Shown here: positions 9,755-17,221 of the stretch, one piece after another
How positions within the stretch are numbered: position 1 is the stretch's first letter
How the letters are laid out: every line of letters begins with the position of its first letter
IMG/VR virus record: IMGVR_UViG_3300032244_000155
Span: 5,306-69,305 of that record
DNA length: 64,000 bases
Reading direction: 5' to 3' (one strand)
Origin: a virus
Taxonomy: Duplodnaviria; Caudoviricetes
Notes under the pieces: generated by a model
The model's database searches: none
Told to the model about the DNA's origin: nothing
What the model saw: only the letters and a program-made list of their open reading frames with translations
Translations under genes and position numbers: made by a program

Positions 9755-10777
9755 TTAAAGTTCGATTTTAATTAAACCCGTTCTTGTCGCCATTAGTTTT
9801 TGTGGATAGATACCTAATCTTACGCCATTATATCTTTTGTTTTTATATTCAAATCCTCTACCAGCCCTAAATGTTGCACCAAACACTGGTAAAAAGTTTC
9901 CAGTAAAGTGACTTAAATCTCCAGATAATCCCATTCCACCATCAAATGTTAATTCTGTATTTTTGCCACTAACAGTAAATTTTGCATGACCTTGACCAAT
10001 TGCTTGAACATGTTGTAATGAAAATGCTTTACCAAATTCTGGACCATAAATTGATAGATTCGACAATCTAACATCTTTAAATGTTCCCATAACTGGTGAT
10101 GGCAATTGATCTTTATCGCCAAGAACATTAACGACATTACCTAAAAATTTTTGAACTATAGGATGATTATAAATTTCTTCTCCAGCAAGTTCTGATAACC
10201 CACCATATTGCTGAAACGCTTCAGCTCCACCAGCTTTTTTATGTGACAAGTATATCGATCCTCTAACTAGAGGAGTTTTTATGTCTTTACATAGAATAAT
10301 GTCCGCTTTAGGATCTCCTCTCACTCCATCCTGACGTTTTAAATTTGTGTCAACTTTAATTGCATACGCAATATCTTTGTATATTGTGCTGTCACCTTTT
10401 AATTTTATGTCAACTTTACCACCACATTCTAAAATGTAATTATTGATTGCTTCGACAACTTCATCTTCGTATTGTGTGCTATTAGCATTCGTTGGTTTTC
10501 TAATTTTGTTGATTTCGATCATCCCTTCGACCGTACCAACTTTAACCTTAGCAAGTTTCAATCCAGAAATTTCATATAATTTTGTGTCTATAATCTTAAA
10601 CTTTGTTTCTGCTTTTAATTGTTTTACTATGACAAGACCAGTTTTAGCTACTTTGTATAAGTTTCCAATTAAGCCTTTCTCAATTTCATAATCAATTTCT
10701 GTATATCTTTTATTGTCAGTAACGTACTTTGTGAAAGATAGTCTTCCGTCGGTTGCTTTGGATGCTAAGTGTGCCAT
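9755..10777 (-). CDS. Putative PD-(D/E)xK-fold nuclease
   Basis: QYEDE..PKADIIL..YLSHK motif spacing of restriction-endonuclease-like folds. Confidence 0.55.
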   Translation of the reverse strand: MAHLASKATDGRLSFTKYVTDNKRYTEIDYEIEKGLIGNLYKVAKTGLVIVKQLKAETKFKIIDTKLYEISGLKLAKVKVGTVEGMIEINKIRKPTNANSTQYEDEVVEAINNYILECGGKVDIKLKGDSTIYKDIAYAIKVDTNLKRQDGVRGDPKADIILCKDIKTPLVRGSIYLSHKKAGGAEAFQQYGGLSELAGEEIYNHPIVQKFLGNVVNVLGDKDQLPSPVMGTFKDVRLSNLSIYGPEFGKAFSLQHVQAIGQGHAKFTVSGKNTELTFDGGMGLSGDLSHFTGNFLPVFGATFRAGRGFEYKNKRYNGVRLGIYPQKLMATRTGLIKIEL

Positions 10778-10794
10778 GTCTTTATTTCGTCCAA

Positions 10795-10824
10795 TAAAAA
10801 AAGCCTGTATTTGATTACAGGCTT
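10795..10824 (-). terminator. Rho-independent terminator
   Basis: Stem aagcctgta/tacaggctt (10801-10824) followed by a T run on the minus strand. Confidence 0.75.
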
Positions 10825-10831
10825 ATTTATG
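10824..10831 (-). promoter_or_regulatory. Late promoter variant CATAAATA abutting the terminator stem
   Basis: One mismatch to TATAAATA; intergenic upstream of 10777. Confidence 0.55.
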
Positions 10832-10846
10832 TCTCAGAATTTAAAG

Positions 10847-11182
10847 TTATCGGCGCATTGATGCTTGATCTTTTGCTTCCTCGTCTGTAAAGATTGGAAC
10901 TGCATTTGACTTATGCAACGTACCAATGCCAATCATCTTATCGCCAGTGTAGACTTTTCCATGAATTGGCTTTGTCGCAGCACCAACACCAGAATCATAA
11001 CTCTTTGCGTTATGAATTTCTCTATGCGGCAAAGGAGCAACTTCGTATTGTTTGGATTCTGCTTTGACTACAATCTTTTTTGGACTATACTTGTCGAGCA
11101 GTTTATTCCAATCAGCTTCAAGTTCTCTCTGCTTTGCATTAGGCTTGCGCCGCTTGGACTTCTGATGTGTATAGACTATCAT
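10847..11182 (-). CDS. Conserved phage hypothetical protein
   Basis: YTG..IGIGTLHKSNAVP motif familiar from T4-like phages; basic N-terminus. Confidence 0.7.
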   Translation of the reverse strand: MIVYTHQKSKRRKPNAKQRELEADWNKLLDKYSPKKIVVKAESKQYEVAPLPHREIHNAKSYDSGVGAATKPIHGKVYTGDKMIGIGTLHKSNAVPIFTDEEAKDQASMRR

Positions 11183-11376
11183 TGCAAATCTTCAAGAATC
11201 CTTTGAAAATCTTCATCATCCATTAGATATTCAAGAACTGTTTGAATTGCAGATTGCAATTGCTCACTATTGTCCAATGGTAGACTTGTATTCACTTCGA
11301 ATGTATGAAGCAAATAAGCAACTGCCAAATCTTTAACTGATTCTTCTGTAACTTCTAGATTAACGTTAATATTCAT
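11179..11376 (-). CDS. Hypothetical early protein
   Basis: 65 aa, GGAGA SD, ATGA overlaps with neighbours. Confidence 0.65.
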   Translation of the reverse strand: MNINVNLEVTEESVKDLAVAYLLHTFEVNTSLPLDNSEQLQSAIQTVLEYLMDDEDFQRILEDLQ

Positions 11377-11630
11377 TTAGTATCTCCATTTTGTGAAAGC
11401 ATGTATTTACTTAACGCAGCTTCTGCTGCAGAATAATCTAAAGCATTTAGAATGCTAATTTCTACTTGTTTGGCTGTAATGTACCACTTTGCTGTTTCGA
11501 GCAATTCTAGTGCATATGAAATGTCATCATCATCCATTTCTTGATGCCATTTTGATAGCACTTCATCACTTGCAAACAAAAGAAAATCCAAATTGTCTTG
11601 ATCGTATTCTGACATTTCTTCGAATTTCAT
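11373..11630 (-). CDS. Hypothetical acidic early protein
   Basis: Start moved to MKFEEMS (11630), which follows an AAGGAG SD. Confidence 0.65.
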   Translation of the reverse strand: MKFEEMSEYDQDNLDFLLFASDEVLSKWHQEMDDDDISYALELLETAKWYITAKQVEISILNALDYSAAEAALSKYMLSQNGDTK

Positions 11631-11644
11631 ATAACTCCTTTGAA

Positions 11645-12061
11645 TTAAGCGGTAACTTGATAAGGAGCATTCCACTTACCAATGTTAACATGCACATAAT
11701 ATGCGGTATCAAAATAATCGATCTGTGCATCACTGTTGTTATAGTAATCAGCAGAGTAAAGAATTGGAATAATTTCTTCCAACGCTTGCTTTGCAGCACC
11801 AGAATAATGACTCTGATAGTGGTAAGTATTCACTTGCTCATAGTCGGTTTTGTTAGGAACAAAACCGCGAGCAACCTGATAAAAGTCTTTCGAACAAGTC
11901 TCATTGGAGTTACCAATGAAATCAATTGGACCGCTCTTGATGGTCAAGCAAATCGAGGAATGATTGTGCACCGACAAAGAACCTTTGATGCCATACTTTT
12001 TTAGAACAGGCTTCAACTTGGCAGCAATCTTTGCTTTCTTTTCTTGGTTCATGTAAGCCAT
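11645..12061 (-). CDS. Conserved phage early protein
   Basis: Start moved to MAYMNQ (12061) after a GGAGA SD; C-terminal YFDTAYYVHVNIGKW. Confidence 0.7.
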   Translation of the reverse strand: MAYMNQEKKAKIAAKLKPVLKKYGIKGSLSVHNHSSICLTIKSGPIDFIGNSNETCSKDFYQVARGFVPNKTDYEQVNTYHYQSHYSGAAKQALEEIIPILYSADYYNNSDAQIDYFDTAYYVHVNIGKWNAPYQVTA

Positions 12062-12062
12062 T

Positions 12063-12278
12063 TCAAATGTCTCCAGCAATAATGGTAATACGCTCATTGA
12101 TATCGGCTTTCAACAACTTGCGCCGAGCCTTTGGAACTTGATTAATAAGATTGTTCTGAACGTAAGATCCTAGATAACCAAGAGCAAAAACTCGCGCATC
12201 GGTATCTGAAAGACCCTTTGACATTTCACGCTTGACAATAACGTCAATCAACATCTGCATTTCGGTTTTCTCTAACAT
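12063..12278 (-). CDS. Hypothetical early protein
   Basis: GGAG SD before MLEKTE; tightly packed with neighbours. Confidence 0.6.
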   Translation of the reverse strand: MLEKTEMQMLIDVIVKREMSKGLSDTDARVFALGYLGSYVQNNLINQVPKARRKLLKADINERITIIAGDI

Positions 12279-12283
12279 TCCAA

Positions 12284-12469
12284 TCACTCCCGAAAATTGT
12301 CAAAACCACGCTGAATTTCTGGATCACCAAGAACAGCCGCTTCGTAGGCCTCAATGTAATCATTGTAGAATGACAACACATCAGCAAGATTTAATCTGAA
12401 AACCGCAGCAACGGCTTCTGGCGACCAACCACAATCAAACGCATCAGCAATATCTGTACAAGTAATCAT
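12284..12469 (-). CDS. Small early protein, possibly HTH-like
   Basis: Start moved to MITCTD (12469) after a GGAG SD; the longer called start lies inside the promoter. Confidence 0.6.
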   Translation of the reverse strand: MITCTDIADAFDCGWSPEAVAAVFRLNLADVLSFYNDYIEAYEAAVLGDPEIQRGFDNFRE

Positions 12470-12506
12470 CTCTGGACTCCGCTGTTTCTCTCTCACCACA
12501 AGATCC

Positions 12507-12535
12507 ATTGTACGCTGGTTCTGGTCTGTTGTCAA
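12507..12535 (-). promoter_or_regulatory. Early sigma70 promoter
   Basis: TTGACA-17 bp-TACAAT. Confidence 0.85.
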
Positions 12536-12543
12536 GGCTTTTT

Positions 12544-12783
12544 TCAGCCGACCACTACAACGCGAGGGAAGGTTTTATTGTCACCAAACATTTGACCCTG
12601 CATGGGAGCGGTGAAGTAGTCGGTTTTGAATTTCGTATCCTCTTCATGTTCCCAAACCCGCTTGATGAATTTCGCACGAAAGAGACCATCGCTCTGGATT
12701 CCGACAACTTCGCCAACCATGTAGCAGCTATCGATTCCGTTGAAATCGAAGGACATTACTTTATCGCCTACTTTCATTTTCAA
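12544..12783 (-). CDS. Small early protein, beta-rich (SH3/KOW-like start)
   Basis: 79 aa, MKVGDKVMSFDF; GAGG SD. Confidence 0.65.
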   Translation of the reverse strand: MKMKVGDKVMSFDFNGIDSCYMVGEVVGIQSDGLFRAKFIKRVWEHEEDTKFKTDYFTAPMQGQMFGDNKTFPRVVVVG

Positions 12784-12791
12784 TTCCTCAA

Positions 12792-12890
12792 TTACTTAGC
12801 TAGGACTTCGACAATTGCATTCATAAGAATGAGAGTCGTGGTAACAACAAATCCGAGAAGGATCAAGTCAGCAATTTCGATCTTACGCAT
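12792..12890 (-). CDS. 32-aa single-transmembrane peptide
   Basis: MRKIEIADLILLGFVVTTTLILMNAIVEVLAK; ATG 1 nt after the upstream TGA; fills the gap; below the ORF-track cutoff. Confidence 0.6.
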   Translation of the reverse strand: MRKIEIADLILLGFVVTTTLILMNAIVEVLAK

Positions 12891-12891
12891 T

Positions 12892-13080
12892 TCAAGCAGC
12901 CTTTGGAGCAAACAGTTTGCTCATTTCGATACACACAACGCGATAGGCGCGGAGTTCTTCGCCAGTCATCTCTTCGCGGTTGCGTGGCACACTCATGAAT
13001 TCTAGGGTTTCGAGCAATCCAGGCAAGCACCAGGTTTCTTTGAATTCTTCAACAACGGTCATAGCTTCTTCGAAATTCAT
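12892..13080 (-). CDS. Small early protein
   Basis: Start moved to MNFEEAM (13080) after a GAGG SD and downstream of the promoter. Confidence 0.65.
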   Translation of the reverse strand: MNFEEAMTVVEEFKETWCLPGLLETLEFMSVPRNREEMTGEELRAYRVVCIEMSKLFAPKAA

Positions 13081-13116
13081 TTTCTGTTCCTCTGTTTCTC
13101 TCTCACCACAAGATCT

Positions 13117-13144
13117 ATTGTACTCTGATCGTGGAAAAAAGCAA
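13117..13144 (-). promoter_or_regulatory. Early sigma70 promoter
   Basis: TTGCTT-16 bp-TACAAT; homologous to the 29358-29385 promoter. Confidence 0.7.
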
Positions 13145-13157
13145 GGACTTTTTTGGT

Positions 13158-13189
13158 GTCGCACAAATACAACGTTGTAAATTTACAAC
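13158..13189. promoter_or_regulatory. Tandem palindromic operator-like sites GTTGT-N6-ACAAC
   Basis: gtcgc-acaaat-acaac (13158-13173) and perfect palindrome gttgtaaatttacaac (13174-13189). Confidence 0.55.
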
Positions 13190-13196
13190 AGTTTTG

Positions 13197-13278
13197 CGGC
13201 GCTATAGGAGCGTCTATAGGCGCCGTGTAGGGTAGTGTGGGCGAGTTAGCAAGAATCGCCTGGAGGCGCTTCCAGGCG
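13197..13278. other. GC-rich double hairpin after gp41
   Basis: cggcg-ctatag/ctatag-g-cgccg (13197-13225) and perfect cgcctgga/tccaggcg (13257-13278). Confidence 0.55.
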
Positions 13279-13303
13279 GGTTCCTGAGGTGGGCGTTAAA
13301 GTC

Positions 13304-14722
13304 TCATACCTTGAGATTTGAAAAATCTCTTTTATTTTTCAATGACTTACCAATTGCGCTTTTATCAAAGATTGGAGTATCGTCTTCTTTGCTATCGTAT
13401 TGACCGCTATCTGATATATTGTTTTGCGATGAATTGGGTGCATCATAAAGTTTCATCTTTGCTCTATCAACTCCAATTACAAATCGTTTATTTGTTGTTG
13501 GATCCGAATAACGATTCTTCAATTGCTTTACCATAATTTGATTCGCTTCTGCCAATTCTTCTGTTGAAATTAATGCAAACATTAAATCAGCAGTTGCAGG
13601 AAGACCAAAAGACTCTGATGTATCTTCCAATCCAACATCGGAATTAGAATAACCACTTCTTGTCGTTTGTGTAGCAGAAACAATTGGAACTCTATTCTCT
13701 ACAGCAAGACCACGCAATTCTTCTGCAATTGATTTGATATATGTATACGAATTGACGTTAGATCCATGTTTCATTCTTGATGATGCACAAATATTTAAAT
13801 AGTCGATGTAGATGATATCAGGAATAAATTGTCGTTTCAATTTCAATTCGTTTAGCAAATGACTAAAGTTTGTAGCACTTGCACTTGCGGTAGGATACTC
13901 TTTGATGATTAGCTTGCCTTTAGTCTTTTCTTTCACTTCTTGAATTCGTTTTAGATAAGTTGCTTTAGGCATTGCAACTAGATGATTCAATTCAATGTCA
14001 AGTAGATTAGCATCAATTCGTTCTGCAATTCTTTCTTCTGCCATCTCTAATGTAATGTATAGAACGTTCTTTCCCATTGTTAGATTAGCTGCAGCACAAT
14101 GACACATAAAAAGACTTTTACCGACACCAGTGCCAGCAAGAACAATGTTTAATGATTTCTCTGCGAGACCGCCTTTTGTAATTCTATTGAGGTAGTCCAA
14201 GTCGAATGGGATTCGCTTCTCAACTCTATGGTAGAATTCGTAGCGTGTTTCAGCGTCATCAATAAAATCATGACCAATGTGATTATCAAAAGAAACGGAT
14301 AGCGCATCTGCAAGTATTTTTGGAATTGAACCTTTATCTAATTTTTCGACTTTGTTTTTACTATCAAGAATCTGAATGCTTTGCATGATTCCATTGTAGA
14401 TAGCTTTTTCTTGACAAAAAGTTTCTGTAGCATCAATCAACCATTTTGTGTCTGACGTATCATCACTAGTGCAAACTTCAGAAATTAATTCAATAGTTCT
14501 CTTATGATGATCGTCAGTAAGATTTACTTTGTTGTCAATTTCAATGCTCAATGCCTCTTTTGAAGGCATCGAGTTATATTTAACAACATAGTTTTTTATC
14601 TCTTCGAAAAGAATTTTCTCAGAAGAATCTTGGAAGTATTCGCTTTTAATGAAAGGTAAAGTTTTTCTTGTGTACTCCTCATCCGTCAATAAATGTTTCA
14701 GTATTTTTTGCTCTAAGTTCAT
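13304..14722 (-). CDS. 41: Replicative DNA helicase gp41 (DnaB-like)
   Basis: Walker A AGTGVGKS, YITLEM, IYIDYLN, SATQTTRSG, KQLKNRY. Confidence 0.97.
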   Translation of the reverse strand: MNLEQKILKHLLTDEEYTRKTLPFIKSEYFQDSSEKILFEEIKNYVVKYNSMPSKEALSIEIDNKVNLTDDHHKRTIELISEVCTSDDTSDTKWLIDATETFCQEKAIYNGIMQSIQILDSKNKVEKLDKGSIPKILADALSVSFDNHIGHDFIDDAETRYEFYHRVEKRIPFDLDYLNRITKGGLAEKSLNIVLAGTGVGKSLFMCHCAAANLTMGKNVLYITLEMAEERIAERIDANLLDIELNHLVAMPKATYLKRIQEVKEKTKGKLIIKEYPTASASATNFSHLLNELKLKRQFIPDIIYIDYLNICASSRMKHGSNVNSYTYIKSIAEELRGLAVENRVPIVSATQTTRSGYSNSDVGLEDTSESFGLPATADLMFALISTEELAEANQIMVKQLKNRYSDPTTNKRFVIGVDRAKMKLYDAPNSSQNNISDSGQYDSKEDDTPIFDKSAIGKSLKNKRDFSNLKV

Positions 14723-15023
14723 CTTTGTACCTTTTCTCAGCTGCGTTTATTGATTCCAACAAAAGATCATTTAGAATTGTTCCAACAACTTTTTCGAAGT
14801 TTTCATCGCTCTTTAGATTTTTATATTCTTCTGGTAGAATATCATAATTGAAGCTGATTGTAAATGTTCCGTCAGGATTCTCTTCATCACCAAAACTAAT
14901 TTCTCCAAAGTTAAATTCTATACCAGCATAATCTCCAGTTAGAATTTTAATCGTAGCGACCGCATCTTTATCTTTGTACTTAATATCTGTTTCAGTTACT
15001 TGATAGTCTTCATTCATTTTCAT
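14679..15023 (-). CDS. 40: Head vertex assembly chaperone gp40-like
   Basis: Lies between uvsX and 41 as in T4; [17 protein letters not shown]; start moved to 15023 (15017 also possible). Confidence 0.65.
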   Translation of the reverse strand: MKMNEDYQVTETDIKYKDKDAVATIKILTGDYAGIEFNFGEISFGDEENPDGTFTISFNYDILPEEYKNLKSDENFEKVVGTILNDLLLESINAAEKRYKDELRAKNTETFIDG

Positions 15024-16077
15024 ATTCTTCTTCCTCAACTCTATCTTCACCAACAATAGATTCTTGACCATATAAAAATTCTTTCTTACATGCTTCATCA
15101 ATCAAATCAAGAATTTCTTTAGTGTAATACTTTTCTGGCTCTTCGTTGATTGATTTGCCGAATACTTTGTTTCCATTAGGAAGTTCGTATCGTGTAGATA
15201 CTTTCTTAAAGATACCATACTTCTCAGCAATGTCAAGTAGACCATAGTAACGATCCAGACCCGTACTATAAGTTAGGCGAATCTCTACTGCAGAATGCTC
15301 TTTAGTGAATCGACTCTTTTGCAGTCTTGCTCTAATGATATTACCAACAACTTCTGTTCCATCTTTGTCTTTCTTCTTCGAAAGAAAAACAATTGTCGAA
15401 GCAGTATACTTTAGACCAGAACCACCAGACATTTCTTTTGTTGGAACATATGCACCAACAACATCGTAAACATGATTAGTCACAAGCAAAGGAACATTGA
15501 TTTTTGCAAGTTTCAAATTCAAAACCCTAAATGTTGCTTTTAGAATTGACGATTTGGTCATGTCTTTGGTTTCTTTGCCTTCTGCTGTGTCTTCCATTTC
15601 TTTTGTAGAAGATAGCTGACCCATAGAATCAAGAACCATTAACATTGGCTTACGCTTCGCTAATGGTTGTGCTGAATACTTATCAATGATCTGCAATGCT
15701 GTATGGCGAAACTTTTGAATTGTGTCTGGCTCAGAGATAACAACCCGTTTAGTGTCTACGCCACGAGACTCCATCATATGTTTGGTTACTGCAGCTTCGG
15801 TATCAAAATAAATTACACCACCTTCAGGATTATCGTCTAGGAATTGCTTTACAACACCAAGGACGAAAAACGTTTTACCTGTTGCAGATTCACCTGCAAA
15901 CGCTGTGACTTTGTTGTTAGGCACTCCCCCGTATATACTTCCACTAAGGACTGCGTTAAGAGCATATGAACCAGTATCAATAGTACCAGTAAATTCAGCA
16001 CTAGCATTCCCGTCAGCAAGTATTTTAGTGTCTTCATCTTTCAATTGCTCAACTAAATCTGTAAAAAAATTGCTCAT
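15010..16077 (-). CDS. uvsX: RecA-like recombinase UvsX
   Basis: [37 protein letters not shown]. Confidence 0.95.
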   Translation of the reverse strand: MSNFFTDLVEQLKDEDTKILADGNASAEFTGTIDTGSYALNAVLSGSIYGGVPNNKVTAFAGESATGKTFFVLGVVKQFLDDNPEGGVIYFDTEAAVTKHMMESRGVDTKRVVISEPDTIQKFRHTALQIIDKYSAQPLAKRKPMLMVLDSMGQLSSTKEMEDTAEGKETKDMTKSSILKATFRVLNLKLAKINVPLLVTNHVYDVVGAYVPTKEMSGGSGLKYTASTIVFLSKKKDKDGTEVVGNIIRARLQKSRFTKEHSAVEIRLTYSTGLDRYYGLLDIAEKYGIFKKVSTRYELPNGNKVFGKSINEEPEKYYTKEILDLIDEACKKEFLYGQESIVGEDRVEEEEYENE

Positions 16078-16093
16078 TCTTTAAAACTCCTTT

Positions 16094-17212
16094 TCAAATA
16101 AAGAAACTCTTTAGAGAGGAAACATGCTCGACATTCCAACCTATAGTATTAACGATTGTTCTAATCGGATCCAGATATGCTTTCTCAAACTGAGTTTCAT
16201 AGTCAATGTACTTCTCTAGTTTAAACTCTTTTGGTAGAATTGTCAAGATTGCAAACACGTTCTCTTGTACTGGATTTGGAACTTTCATGTAGCAGAATTT
16301 AATCTTCTCGCCATCTTTGATTGTCTGATACTTCTTTGTTAGTTTCTCTTTCTCCAAAAGATGATTGTAAAGAATAGCACCACGAACATGAATTGGTGTA
16401 CCCTTTGTGTAAATATCTTTTGAAGACTTGTACTTCTTTATATCACTAACTCCTCGAGGAAAAGCAATGTCCTCAAATGCTAGTGTTGTAAAAGTTTTTC
16501 TGAAATCTGCAACGAATTCCTGAAACTCCGATTCGGTACCATTCATCACAATCTTTAGAGAGTCCTTAATCTTATCTCTACATGACATTGGAGTCGAAGA
16601 CTTGACTGCTTCAATGCCCATCATCTTTAGTTTAGGTTCTGCAAAACGAACACCTTCCGAATCATAAACATTTAGAATGTATCGCTTCTTTGCTGTCCAG
16701 ATACCTTTGTTTGCAATCACTTCACGCTTCATCTGCATCTTCTGATCAAATGCATTCATGTAATCCGCTAGTTCTTGATATGCTTTATCAATGAACGGTT
16801 CAATTTTCTCTGTGCAAGCCTTGTCGATAAAATCAACAATTTTTTCTTTTTCAATATTCTTAGATCCGTAGACCATATGTACCAACGGACCAAGATTGAC
16901 GTATACAGAATCCGTATCTGAGGCAATGACATAATCCACACTCTTCGTCTTTAATAGTTTATTGAAGAAGCCGTTTAGCTTGTCTTCAATCCAACGAATA
17001 CTCAATTGCCCAGATAGTGTGATGGCTTCTGCTTGGCGAATGTCGAAGAATCGAAACCATTCGTTACCAAACTATCCGAGCGCACCGTATGCCGAATTGA
17101 GTTGCACTTTCTTTGCAAGCTGAAGATTCTTGTATTTAGAAATGTGCTGCTCAACTTGCATACGATACGCCCGAAGGTTCTCCGTAGTAAGTTGTTTTAA
17201 ATTTTTTTGCAT
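16094..17212 (-). CDS. 43B: DNA polymerase gp43, C-terminal subunit (43B), interrupted by an in-frame TAG at codon 47 (17072-17074)
   Basis: From ATG 17212: ..[40 protein letters not shown].., continuous in frame with the 303-aa ORF holding motif C (ASDTDSVY); 1119 nt = 373 codons. Confidence 0.85.
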
Positions 17213-17221
17213 ATCCAACCT

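Noticed and set aside
13197-13300. tRNA gene in the GC-rich intergenic stretch
   Set aside because: No cloverleaf, no TTCG T-loop in context and no CCA end. I saw no tRNA anywhere in the window.
16094-17005. ORF-track start (TTG at 17005) as the true start of the polymerase C-terminal part
   Set aside because: It would discard motif B and the conserved GNxxFRFFD..[9 protein letters not shown] segment, which are clearly encoded in frame upstream.
17060-17080. Group I/II intron or intein in gp43B
   Set aside because: The insertion is only 9 nt, with no room for a ribozyme core or intein and no matching splice boundaries. It could at most be a scar.
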